Positions 26,960 through 38,424 of a stretch of DNA of 64,000 nucleotides are shown here, piece by piece (position 1 is the first letter of the stretch; every line of letters begins with the position of its first letter). The position numbers and the translations under genes were made by a program. Origin of the DNA: Diadema antillarum. Taxonomy: Eukaryota. The notes below the pieces were generated by a model. It was not told the DNA's origin, made no database searches, and saw nothing but the letters and a program-made list of their open reading frames with translations. The stretch spans positions 2,232,001 through 2,296,000 of the forward strand of contig NW_027271024.1 of assembly GCF_040938485.1 (NCBI RefSeq), in the 5' to 3' direction.

Positions 26960-26996
<37 letters not shown>

Positions 26997-27709
26997 AAGG
27001 TCCTACAAGCATACATTTAATATTATATATGCATACACACACAAGCACAAGCACAAACACACACAAAGGAATATGTAGAGAGATGGGTAATTTGCCGTTG
27101 AACCGCCAGTTGCATATACAACCTCATTTAAAGGAGAAAGGCAAATAAATTATTGCAACATGTCAGATAACAGTGTATCTGAATAATCAATCTTTACACT
27201 CGGTTCAATCCTGGGATCCACGCTTATAAAAAGTATACAGCACATTTCTGTTAACATTTATACAAATTTCCATCGATTGACCATCAAGTTCTTTATGTTC
27301 GCAGTATTGAATTGTGCATCCTAGCCAGATATTATTATTCCTTTTGCTTTGATTGTCATATTTGATACTTTTTTCTTTGAGAAAAATCGAAAATACATTG
27401 AAATTCAAATTCAAATTCAAAGACAAAGAAAATAGGGACGTCCCGAGACACAAACACGCACACAAACACACAATGTCATACACGCAGATAGACAAGCAAA
27501 CAAACAAAAACAACTCACCTGAACAGAAGGCCAACCTATTTCCTCGTCGGGTGCACCAGCAAGTCTGATCGTTGTTTATCTGAGTCGCACACGCTGCGAA
27601 CAAAGCGGGAAAAAATGACCCAAAATTGTATTTGATGCAGAAACGAAAAGTTACCTATGTACCAATACGAAAATAATAGGGTTGATTCATCTTATTCATT
27701 TCGTTTCTC

Positions 27710-27747
<38 letters not shown>

Positions 27748-28514
27748 CATCAAAAAAAAAATATAGGTTTCGTCAAAACTGAACAACATTCGACAACATT
27801 TTTTCTGATCTATGTCTTTTTTAATCATCTTTTTAACTCTTTAAAGTTGGAGGAATCGAAAAGATACTTTACGGATTTGTTATCTATGAGAACGGGAAAA
27901 GCAAAAACAAAAATAGAAATAAAGACAAACAAAAACAAAATGAAACAAAACACTTTGCTCCCCTCCCTTCTACCCCGAGAAAACAAAAATGAACAGATAA
28001 CTTAAAAGTTCACATTGTGATGCAGGTTTACGAAGATTTAAAAAAACACAACAACAAACAAACAAACAAACAAACAAACAAACAAACAAATAAGACCCGC
28101 CAGAAGAACATCATGATAACTCACTCAAAAACTCGAGCAATTTTCAAAATATATTATGAAGACGTCTGTCTGTGCTTGTACAAGATTCTTATGTAAATAC
28201 GCACACACACACACACACACACATGTATATGTATATGTATATTCATATATACACATATATAATATGAAAACCTTAATGATAGAAAAAAATATATAAAGTG
28301 CTGGTTTTATAAAGACAGCTAATTGAAAGTCCTTGTACTTACGCTTGTACTTCTTCATGCTCTGACCCCTCTTCTCGGCGAGGTAGAACTCCTGCATGAC
28401 TGGGTCCCTCTTCATGAACTCCATGTCGGTGGCGAATTCGTCGTCGACCTCCATCTTGAAGGCCGAAGCGACGACCACGAGGGCCATAAAAGCGATGAGG
28501 ACCTTGGAAACCAT
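26174..28514 (-). CDS. Gene C: secreted 4-Cys cationic prepropeptide, 90 aa
   Basis: complement(join(28343..28514,27519..27593,26174..26199)). Protein MVSKVLIAFMALVVVASAFKMEVDDEFATDMEFMKRDPVMQEFYLAEKR|GQSMKKYKPCATQINNDQTCWCTRRGNRLAFCSGAAGGEGI*. Canonical splice sites. Confidence 0.92.
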
Positions 28515-28697
28515 GATGACTCTGTAACGCAAGAATATTCATATTTGTTCAAAGATATTTGTAATGAAGATTCAATTTAGTTTTGGCTTACCTATTACAC
28601 ACCTTTTTATACTATATGCATTCATTCTTTCAGCATCATTACGACTACATCTTTATTAATGCTAGTAAGCAATTATGCGATCTTTAAAGGCACTGAA

Positions 28698-29093
28698 CAG
28701 GCCCGTAACAAGGATTTTTCTGAGGGGGTGGGGAGGGGGTCAGAATTAGAAACAGTAGACCACTTCCAGGTTTAATCAGCTGATAAAAGCAAAAAAAAAA
28801 AAAATGTAAATATTTCTCGTCCCACTTCCGGGTTTCATCGGCTGACTAGCAAAAAAACAACAACAAACATACAAACAAAACAAACAAACAAACAAACAAA
28901 CTAACAAAACCCCAAAACTATAGAAAACAAAAACAACAACAAACAAATCTTCAGCGCAATTTTCTGGCGCCACTTCAAGCTCCCTTTCATTTATTTATTT
29001 ATTTTCTGACAAATTAGACAATTAACGGGGGGGGGGGGGGGGGGTTCCGCCTCTTGAATACCCTGCATCTCTCCGCCCTTAGTTACGGGCCTG
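28698..29093. mobile_element. hAT-like MITE in intron 1 of gene C
   Basis: 12-bp TIR CAGGCCCGTAAC / GTTACGGGCCTG with internal poly-G tracts. The 8-bp target duplication is not preserved. Confidence 0.55.
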
Positions 29094-29280
29094 CTAAAAT
29101 GAACTAACCAATAACATATTGATAGAACCTCTTCATGGCCATGAGACTCAAACATTAGAAAAATATGGGCAAAGAACCATGTGACACTTTCTTAAGCAAC
29201 ACACCAAAATACGTAGGGATAGGTCGACAATTGTGATGGCAAAGTTAATCCAAGATACTATATACTAGGTTGATACTTAC

Positions 29281-29394
29281 GTACTTATGATGGAAGTGTA
29301 GGAAGGTCGATTGTTGAGGATCTCTTGCTGATTAGGGCTGATCTCTACCCATCGAACGACTGCCTTTTATACATTTCTCGATCCGAGCTAATCC
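29281..29394 (-). promoter_or_regulatory. Gene C core promoter (GGATTA + TATAAAA) and non-coding exon 1
   Basis: GGATTA at 29394-29389, TATAAAA at 29371-29365, donor GTAAGT at 29280-29275. Aligns with the D/E promoters. Confidence 0.78.
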
Positions 29395-29440
29395 CATTTG
29401 ATGTAACGAACATGTCTCATAAAGATATCATGTGACATAA

Positions 29441-29489
<49 letters not shown>

Positions 29490-30167
29490 TGGAGATTGAA
29501 AGGGAGGGGAGACTTAATAAGGAGTTAAGACATTTGCTCCAGACCCCCCCCCCCTTCTCATAAGAAAAAAAAATCATTCTTCCCTGTGGACCTTTATCTT
29601 TGGTCGAAAAAACAACAACAAACAAACAAGATAAAACAAAGAAAAATGTGACAGTTCCATCTGGCTAAAGTTGGCTTATCTTAGCTAGGCCTACTCTTAA
29701 GGCTCGGTTGATCATGTATTTTATACTCATGTAATCCATGTGATAATGGTCTCCTGCCGAACAATCTGTCGCTGTTAATTATGTCATGTTAGGAGAATAT
29801 TAAGTTGAAGGGAGTACGGGGAGTTCTAAAAAAAAACAACAACACAAAATAAAACTTCGTGCTGAACTTTCGTCGGGGGTCATCCCACGAGACCAACACC
29901 ACTTGTCATCATACAGCCAATGACTTTGACACTACAGCATGTTCCAGAAAATCATATATAATCATACATTTGTTTTATGTGATGTTCATGAATAGGAAGA
30001 TATAATACCTCTCTCTTTTCGTACGATTCCCAATTTATTATTCATAATTCATGCAAGACTGAGTTAGAACATCAGACAGTATGGCTACTAAAGTTTCATT
30101 TGCACGAGCAAATGGCGACTTTCAATGGGTTTTTCTCAATCTTTTGCAAAAACATGAAACCACAGCC

Positions 30168-30560
30168 TTAAAGGGATTGTATAGTTTTGGTTGAGACCTA
30201 ATTTCTGGTTTCTAACATTTTTTGGTGAGATAATGAGAAACCTCTTATGAAATATGAAAGAGCATGTAATTCCATGAGGAATTCAACGTTTATTCTATGA
30301 AAATTTGTTTTGAAATGGCTGAGATATCCAAAACATGGCGATTCTGATAAAGTGTGGGACCCACATTTGATTATGATCACTTTGTTTTACTTTGTTTTTG
30401 GATGTTTCAGTCATTCCAAACCCAATTTTGATCAAACAAACTTTGAATTCCTCTCAAAATGGTATACTCTACTACTATTTCATAAGTTTTTTCTTGGTAT
30501 CTCGCAAAAAGTTAAAAGCCCAATATTCTAATCCCCACCAATTCTGTACCATCCCGTTGA
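30168..30560. mobile_element. Degenerate TTAA MITE related to the 36231 family
   Basis: TTAAAGGGATTGTATAG start, shared internal TGAAATGGCTGAGATATCC motif, decayed right TIR. Confidence 0.65.
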
Positions 30561-30932
30561 TATCCATTCTTTTTTCCTTCCTATGACATCACATGCGTAA
30601 AAAATGATCTACACCTGCTCGAGAAAACTTAATTTGAAAATATGCTTCCATTTTACCCACAAAGATGGATAGTAAATAAGGAGCCAGTTAGATTTCCCGA
30701 CGTCTGCCCGACTTGGCAGATAATAATGGCCTTCATGCTTCAATGAATTTACACTAACATGAAGGGAGGGAGTAAAATGGGATATTACAGACGGTTCGGA
30801 AGAGGTTCGTAAATTAGCACATGATCGTGAGCTTGCCTGACCATGCAGCAAACCACAGAGCAAAGGCTGTTCATCCACGGAATGTTGAAGGGGGGGGGGG
30901 GGGGGAGTAACCGACCGAAAAAGCCTTCCAAT

Positions 30933-30965
<33 letters not shown>

Positions 30966-31499
30966 ACAGAAGATGACTTTCTGCCCTGCACTTGTACGTT
31001 TGAAATGTTAGAAGCGCAAGTTCAGTGATAAATAAAGTGATTTACCCTCTCTTTCTGCTTCATAGCTCCCTCTTCAAAAACCTCAAAACCCTGTCAGTGA
31101 TGAAGGATGAACCACGCGTGAGGGAAATGTAGAGAGGAATGAAACCAGTGATATAAATTTGAGGTATACGAAATCATCAAAATGTGTACAGTACCATTGT
31201 TGCAATGTTGATTTCCCATAGCCATTTGACTGCATGCAGCCTGGGAATACACATGATAAGTCTTCAATTATTGGTTGAATATCATAGCTTATTGTAAATA
31301 GATGACAACGAAGTGCTTTCCGTCTCATACAGCGTTCTCTGTAAATACCCCTCCATCCCAACAACGTTCACTGTAGCACTGCCACTGTTTTGTGTGAATT
31401 CAATGGCGCAGGTGAGTCCATTGTCTAATGCTAAGTCCGGAGAGCTGAATGCTTGTTTTTCGACAATCCGTAGAGTCGGAAGAAATGAAGCATGTTTTC

Positions 31500-31852
31500 A
31501 TGCACATTTTTCTCTAGCGTGCGTTATTCGTATTTGACGCATAAGGTCTCATACGAAAGAACAAAATATGGATATTTAGGTTATGAACTTTGTTTTTCGA
31601 AATCATAAGGCTAAAAGTCTGAAAATCTCACTTAAAATCACCATTTGCGCGTGCTATCAAATGAAAATTTGATAGCACCACTGTTCGTTCCTCTTACTCA
31701 GTCATGCATGAACGATGAACATTAAGTTGTACATCAAATGAAAGATGAAAAGTTTATCTTTCCATTGATGCATATCTTTAAAAGAAAATGTATGATTTTG
31801 ATAGTGAAAAGTTGCAAGGAAACTCGGTTTCGTTTTTTTCAGGGACACGCTG
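31500..31852. mobile_element. Right end of a Tc1/mariner-type MITE
   Basis: Ends ..TTTTTCAGGGACACGCTG-TA. The left TIR is not clearly found. Confidence 0.35.
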
Positions 31853-32837
31853 TATAGGTAAAGACAGCCCATGATTTCGACGTCACAATACAGGGCTTAA
31901 TGTGTCGGTCTCGTGGGCTTCGTATGCTTAATGTCTAACTCATGGACCGTGTGACTCGTGGGTTGTATAACTCTTGGGCTGTATGGCTCATTAGCTGTAT
32001 AATTCGTGGGTGTCGAACTCGTGACGTGCACTCTTTCGTTATTGCCCCTTTCATAACTTGTACTATAATTTCAGAAAAGATAAATAGATAATCCGAAAAT
32101 CAAGAATGATTTAACCCATATAAATCCTAAAATTTTCCCCCTTTTCCTTATTCTTTACTGATACTAAAAGCGTAACTTTTTAAAAAATCTGATCACCTGA
32201 TCTTTTGGTTTTGATTGGATATGACTTGACCTTCAGTAAGCCTTACCTATATATAGGCCTATTATGGGTTTTTAAAATCTTATTTTTTAATCTAATCTAA
32301 TTGATCTGAAAATTAAGTTAAAACAAAATTGACTAAAATTGATTTAAACTGAATTTATAACCCGTTTAAACTCATCATTAAAGTGGAATAAAAATATAGG
32401 CTTTATCCTATTACAAAGGTACGTGTGTGTTTATAACACGCTTATGCATATTATTATACTATGAGCTTATATGAAAAATTATACAAAAACGCACCACATA
32501 CATTTTATCGTACTAAACATCGACTTTGGAACAGGTATTCAATGATGTTGAGTATAATTCTGATAAACGTGCATCATTTTGTGGAATATAGACAAATAAG
32601 CAATGCATTTTCAAATTAAAGATTTACACACTCATGCATGACAACATAACCGATCTTTCACAAAATGATTATATTCAACAAAATTAATATACCTTCTTTT
32701 ATTTTGAGACGGATACAATTGGCTGCAAAGAAAAGCAGTTTGTCCGAATGCGCCATGAAATTGATATAATTTGCTGTGAAGACCAGTGGTGATCTGGCAA
32801 CTCTGCCCGTGACAACTTCCTATCATGTGTAGACTTA

Positions 32838-33880
32838 TTAACCTTATAAAGCCCAAGGGGGCACATTGTGCCCCCTACCAGATTTTCATTTGCCACTCCT
32901 TAGCCCTTTATTCGATTTCAACCAAATTTGGTGACTTTTTCTAAAATCTTATTGCAAACATTTTGATGTATAATTTAGCTATATTTGTTGTCGCTGGGTG
33001 CCATGGCAATCATAAACTAACAACCATGTCAGTCAGATTTTGCATCTTTTTTTCTGTTCTTATTTCATTTAACAGCATTACAGTGTATGAGATAGGGGTT
33101 TCTTGGCTGGAATTTGTTGAAGGAGCAGAATGTGAAGTAATAATGGTCCTAGAAAGTTTTTCTGATTATTTCCTTTGTTTTTATGTGACAAAGGCATAAA
33201 ACAATAGGTATAATAGTGATGATAGAAAACAACAATATTACTTAAAGATTGCCCTTCTATTTTGTGTTATTTTGATTCCTTCAACAAAGTTATGCATCTA
33301 ATATCATAAGTTTATCATATTATTAACTGGCAATCTCAAAATTCCACTATTATGCAAATATGAAATGTCATAACTATCTGTTAAAATAACTGTTTGGGAT
33401 GTACCCATCCCAAATATTTCATCTCAGGTCTCATAATGTACTACTTTATGTGGATATGAATAGCGCCACCATGTGGTGACCTTGAGAAATTTCAACAATA
33501 ACAAATAATAAGATTTCACTTGCTTATCATTTGTAGCAAATATAAAAATGATCGGTGTATGGTAAGACATATATAATGGGGATAACGAAATTATACAGAA
33601 AAATCATGTTTTTTCGCATATTTCTTATGTATTTCTTTATATTTTGGTAAATAGCGCCCTCCATGGGAAACCTTGAGAAAATTCAAACTGACGGTCGGTC
33701 ATATAGAATATGAATTACTCTACCTATATGCAAGATATGACGATGATACATCTAATGATAAAAAAAGTTATACAGGGGGCACAATGTACGCACGAACACA
33801 TTTTTGCCTACAAAGCATATAATTTTTGAAATAATAGCATCCCGACCTCTATTTCTTGTGGCCACGGGCTACCGGGTCAC
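32838..33880. mobile_element. Probable decayed piggyBac-type non-autonomous element
   Basis: TTAACCTT..GGGGGCACATTGTGCCCCCT start, with inverted AGGGGGCACAATGT at about 33773 and internal direct repeats. The right end is uncertain. Confidence 0.35.
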
Positions 33881-34040
33881 CGTATCAATCAATAAAGCTT
33901 TTATAAACATGATGCATATCTATCTATATGTGCCTACATGATGTGCTCGATTCCACCGTAATGATGAAATCCAAGGGATGATAATTTCATGTTGAGCGGT
34001 TCGAAATTGTGTACAACATATATAAAGAATACATACATTT

Positions 34041-34813
34041 CTTTTTATAGATACTTTATTTTCTGCAAATCATACATAAATTGCATAATTATGAACATAG
34101 GAAACATACAAAGTATATTTGAAACAGAGTCGTTTGACGTGCATAAACAACGATATAAAAGGAAATTAATGATACAATATTACAGTATGCATGTCTATGC
34201 AGCAGGGATTACAAAAACAATATTATATTTAAGAAGCAATAATGCAGGGGGCCGCCATTGTAAGCGTTGCTTGAATAGATGGCCGGCCCGAGGAAAAGGT
34301 AGGGACGTATTAGATTCGTAACAATACAAATTCCGCTGCGAAGATAGCAAGGGAAAATAAACTCTGATGTGTGATGGTGGTGAATGTGCGTGCAAGTGCT
34401 TGAAAGTGCATAGGGGCAGATAGGCTGGAATTTAGTGTAAAAGAATTGGTTTGCTGGAAGAGCGAACGACATGCGATGTTGCTATCGGGAGACCAACATG
34501 AGTCATATCAATTATTCGTGCTTAATTCGTATTTGAAGGACACTGTAGTAAGATATGCTTCTTTAAGTTTGCTTTTAATGAAAACAAGGAGGCACACTGT
34601 TTCAACTCCTCGGGAAGAGTGTTCCATGTATCCGGACCCTGATGTCTTGTCGTCTTTTGAGCAAGTAAAAGCTTTGGATTACTTAAATGAAAATCATGGG
34701 AACGACGGGTAGGGTATGGGTGAATATGGTCATTGGTTACTAGGGCATTAAGGAAAAGTGGTAATACATTTCGAATGTGTTTATACATAAATATGGCAGT
34801 TAGGTATAAATGT
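34041..34813 (-). mobile_element. 3' fragment of a related L2/CR1-group LINE
   Basis: ORF 34522-34788 (HPYPTRRSHDFHL..GPDTWNTLP..) is homologous to 9820-10065. It carries a similar 3'UTR hairpin (about 34245-34295) and an A-rich end near 34045-34065. Confidence 0.8.
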
Positions 34814-35578
34814 AAATCATGGGCCTTTAGAGTTTTTAGGCGATGGGATCAGTGTGAGCCCAAGAAAAAAAAAACTAAAACCAAAAAACCCAACATTCAA
34901 ACCATAAAGGCCATCGCCCTTTCTAAACCTAGAATTGTCAGGTCTGGTGAGGTTAACCTATAACTTGCCACACACGCAAAAATGTGATCATCACTAAGTC
35001 TTCTTGGCAGCCAAATCCTATCCTATCAAAACAACAAAATGGGGTCATAGCACTTTGAGGAGATGTGTCATCCTCTTTTAGTTAGAAATGGAAAAGAAAA
35101 AAAAAGTTTTAGGGAGGAGGGGGTTAAGCAAAAATTCCAAGGATTTCAGATGGTTTCTTTACAGCCAAGCGTAAAAGTTACAAATGGAGCAGGACGGAAA
35201 GGCATCACATAACTATGAGCGCATTCATTCCGGAAGACTTTTTATTCTCACTTCAACGTTACATTCCCCTAAGACTGCTTATTAAACACGGGCGTTCATT
35301 GACACATAAACAGTGACAGATTGTCCCTCGAAAGGACATCATCATTTCTACTGAGGTTAGGATGAAATCCATGACCAACCGAGCCTTAAGAGTAGCTAAG
35401 CTACGCACAGCTTGGCCAGATGGAACTCTTAAATTTTGCAATGTTTTGTTTTGTTTTGTTTTATAGAAAAAAAAGGAGTGCCGATAGGGAATAGTTAATT
35501 TACTTTTCAGGGATTCGCGGGCAAATGCCTGGTATTAACAACGCATATGGTCTTTCTTCTTTCCTTCTTTCTCTTTAT

Positions 35579-35747
35579 GTCACGTGACGTGGTTATGAGA
35601 CATATTCGTTACATCGAATAGGATTACCTCTGATCGAGAAATATATAAAAGGCAATCGTTTGACCGGTAGCAACCACCAGACGGCATCCAGAGTTCCTCC
35701 ATTGTCGACCTTCCTACACTTCCATCACACTCAGACAACTACCTAAC
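35579..35747 (+). promoter_or_regulatory. Gene D core promoter and non-coding exon 1
   Basis: GTCACGTGAC at 35579-35588, GGATTA at 35621-35626, TATATAAAA at 35642-35650. Exon ends at 35747, followed by GTGAGT. Confidence 0.78.
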
Positions 35748-36101
35748 GTGAGTATCACCATTTTATTGTCCGCTAGATGTAAATTTTGCCGTTATATCCC
35801 CCATAAATGTAACTACAACGTTAAATGTAATATAGACTTTAAATGTTTATTGACCAAGTCAAACCTAAATTTTGTACATTTTATTTCAACCCTAAATGTG
35901 ATAATCGGAAAAATCCCTGATACGTTTTAACCGTAGATGCAATCACGATCCTATTATAATGTAAAGATTTAACCCTAAATGGAATTATTAGTTAGTATAG
36001 GGTCGACATTATATTTAGAGGTGATGCAGCCATCACCAATGTCCAATGCTAGTACGATCTTGTCATTTTTTTAGGAGTGTCCCGCGGCTCTTTGTCCACA
36101 C

Positions 36102-36164
<63 letters not shown>

Positions 36165-36230
36165 TCACTCTGACAGCCTACCAAAGACTCGATCAACCAG
36201 TCTCTCCATTTAGGTATTCTTAAGATAACA

Positions 36231-36620
36231 TTAAAGGGACTGTACAGTTCTGGTTGAGGTGAGGATTTAGTTTGTAACGTTTTGCGAGATATTCAGAAAC
36301 CACTCTATGAGATGTCAAAAAGCATGTAATTCTAAGGGGTATCAAAAGTTTATTTGATGAAAATCGGTTTTGAAATGGCTGAAATATCCAAAAACAAGGT
36401 GAAACAAAGAGATTCTAATAAAAGGCGTGGCCTGTCGCCTTTCATTATTATTACTTTTTGGATATCTCAGCCATTTGAAAACCAACTCCATCAAATAAAC
36501 GTTGAATCCTTCTTGAAATTACATGCTCTTTCATATTTCATATGAGGTTTCTCATTATCTCACTTAGGAATGTTATAAACCTGAACCCCCATCTGAACCA
36601 GTACTGTACAGTCCCTTTAA
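36231..36620. mobile_element. TTAA-flanked MITE (Kolobok/T2-type) in intron 1 of gene D
   Basis: TTAA-AGGGACTGTACAG ... CTGTACAGTCCCT-TTAA. A TTAA target duplication with AGG termini is characteristic of T2/Kolobok MITEs. Confidence 0.82.
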
Positions 36621-36719
36621 GCCTCATTTACAGGAGTTGGAAGATTCAAGTAAAGAAAAAAAATAAGTTGAATCTTTACCCCAAGTATCGTTTCAAAAAT
36701 CTTTTGTCACAGAGTCAAC

Positions 36720-38385
36720 ATGGTCTGCAAGGTCCTCATCGCTTTCATGGCCCTCGTGGTCGTCGCTTTTGCCTTCGAGATGGAGGTCGATGACGAATTC
36801 GCCGCCGACATGGAATTCATGAAGAGGGACCCGGTCATGCAGGACTTCTACCTCGCCGAGAAGAGGGGCAAGAGCATGAGGAAGTACAAGCGTAAGTAAC
36901 GTGAATCCTGCATGACTAGGGTTAGATGCGCCTGCAGCACTTTCATGAATAACAAATCCCCCCCCCCCCTCGTTCAGGCGGTCAATGATACACTTAAAGT
37001 TACGCTCCAGGTTCTTTTTAGAATTTTGGGATTCCTTTCGGATGGGAACAGGCTTTGAAAGGGAGTCCAGCAAAAATTACCCTCTATCGAGGTATCTGGA
37101 AGGGAAGCCAGCAAAGCAGCATGACGTATGTACAGTGCATGTGGCTAAGTGTCCTGCGAAAAGAATCCCAGCCCGCTGTGCCTGGCAGCAAAACATACAC
37201 ATAAATCAGAGAGATGCGTCTCCCTGCATCAATATATGAGGGATATTCGGGAGATCTGGCAAACACCAAGAAGTCCCACTATATTTCGGTGGTGTTTTTT
37301 TTTTTCGAGGGTTTTCAAACTAATCCTATTCGGAACCCTATTTCAGGATAATTTGGGAAAGATTTCATAACTATGCCTGATTAAGAATATTATTCATGGA
37401 AAAAATACTGAAACAGTCTTTTCGATTCCTCTGACTTTCAGGTCTTAAAGGTCCTGTTAACCTTTGGGAGCAGTGATTTAAATGTTCAAGATATCACCTT
37501 TGATGCATATGTGTAGGTCAGTTGTATCACAAAACATCCTACCATAAATTATAAAATTTTTGCAATAAAGAATAAGATATAAGGAGATATCACTACTTTC
37601 TCACTAAATCATACTGTAGACGGTTTAGCCTGGAAATATTTGTTATTATAACCATTGTTCATATTTTGTTTATATAACAATACTTGACATCGATTATACT
37701 TGTTCAAATTTTACATTTTTTGTTTCTATCCCTAACTCACATATTAGAACTATTTTCAAGCGCCGATGCTGGGTTTTTGTTTCATCTGCAAATGATAAAT
37801 TGTGCCTTTAATATGACTAAAAACATAGAAACAAGGGGAAGATGACCTTGTCGAATATCGTACGGTTTTGTACATTGTTAATGAAAATACCAAATCTAAG
37901 ATAGATGCAATGAAGAAAATGAGTTGAATCCCCCTTTCCAGGTCTCATTCATTCATTTTGTTTCTTTATTCGTCATTTTATTTCGGGGGGATGTGACACA
38001 GTGGATAAAACTCTCGACTCTCAATCGAAGGACGCGAGTTCGATTCCAGAAAAGTGCCTACGTCCTTGGACAAGCCTAGCTTTACCCACCATGTCCCTCT
38101 CGACCCAGGTGCATGCATGAATGGATACCTGGTAATGCTAGGGTAATAGTAATGGCAGGGCCCTCTGGTAGAGCAGTGACAACACTGAAGAGGCTACCCT
38201 GGATAGATAGGACTTTATAACTTTACATAACATATATTCCTCCACTCTGTTCGCAGCGTGTGCTACCCAGATAAACTCAGACCAGACTTGCTGGTGCACC
38301 CGACGAGGAAACCAGTTCGCCTTCTGCACAGGTGAGCTTTTCTTATTGCTTGTTTGTCTGTCCGTTTCGTTGCGTCCATGAGAGA

Positions 38386-38424
<39 letters not shown>

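Noticed and set aside
27205-27518. Hydrophobic read-through after exon 3 of C (and E) as a membrane anchor
   Set aside because: It derives from T/GT-rich intron sequence after a strong GTGAG/GTAAG donor and is not conserved among paralogs.
28125-28532. Long single-exon versions of the peptide ORFs (for example 135 aa here, 19278-19700, 44230-44487)
   Set aside because: They run through canonical GTAAGT donors into non-conserved intron or microsatellite sequence. The spliced model is conserved in all copies.
35300-35650. NF-kB sites expected for an inducible AMP promoter
   Set aside because: I did not spot a convincing GGGRNNYYCC site conserved across the proximal promoters. A PWM scan is needed before concluding absence.
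37986-38055. tRNA-like A and B boxes
   Set aside because: No cloverleaf or acceptor stem, and it continues into a SINE body, so it is not a tRNA gene.
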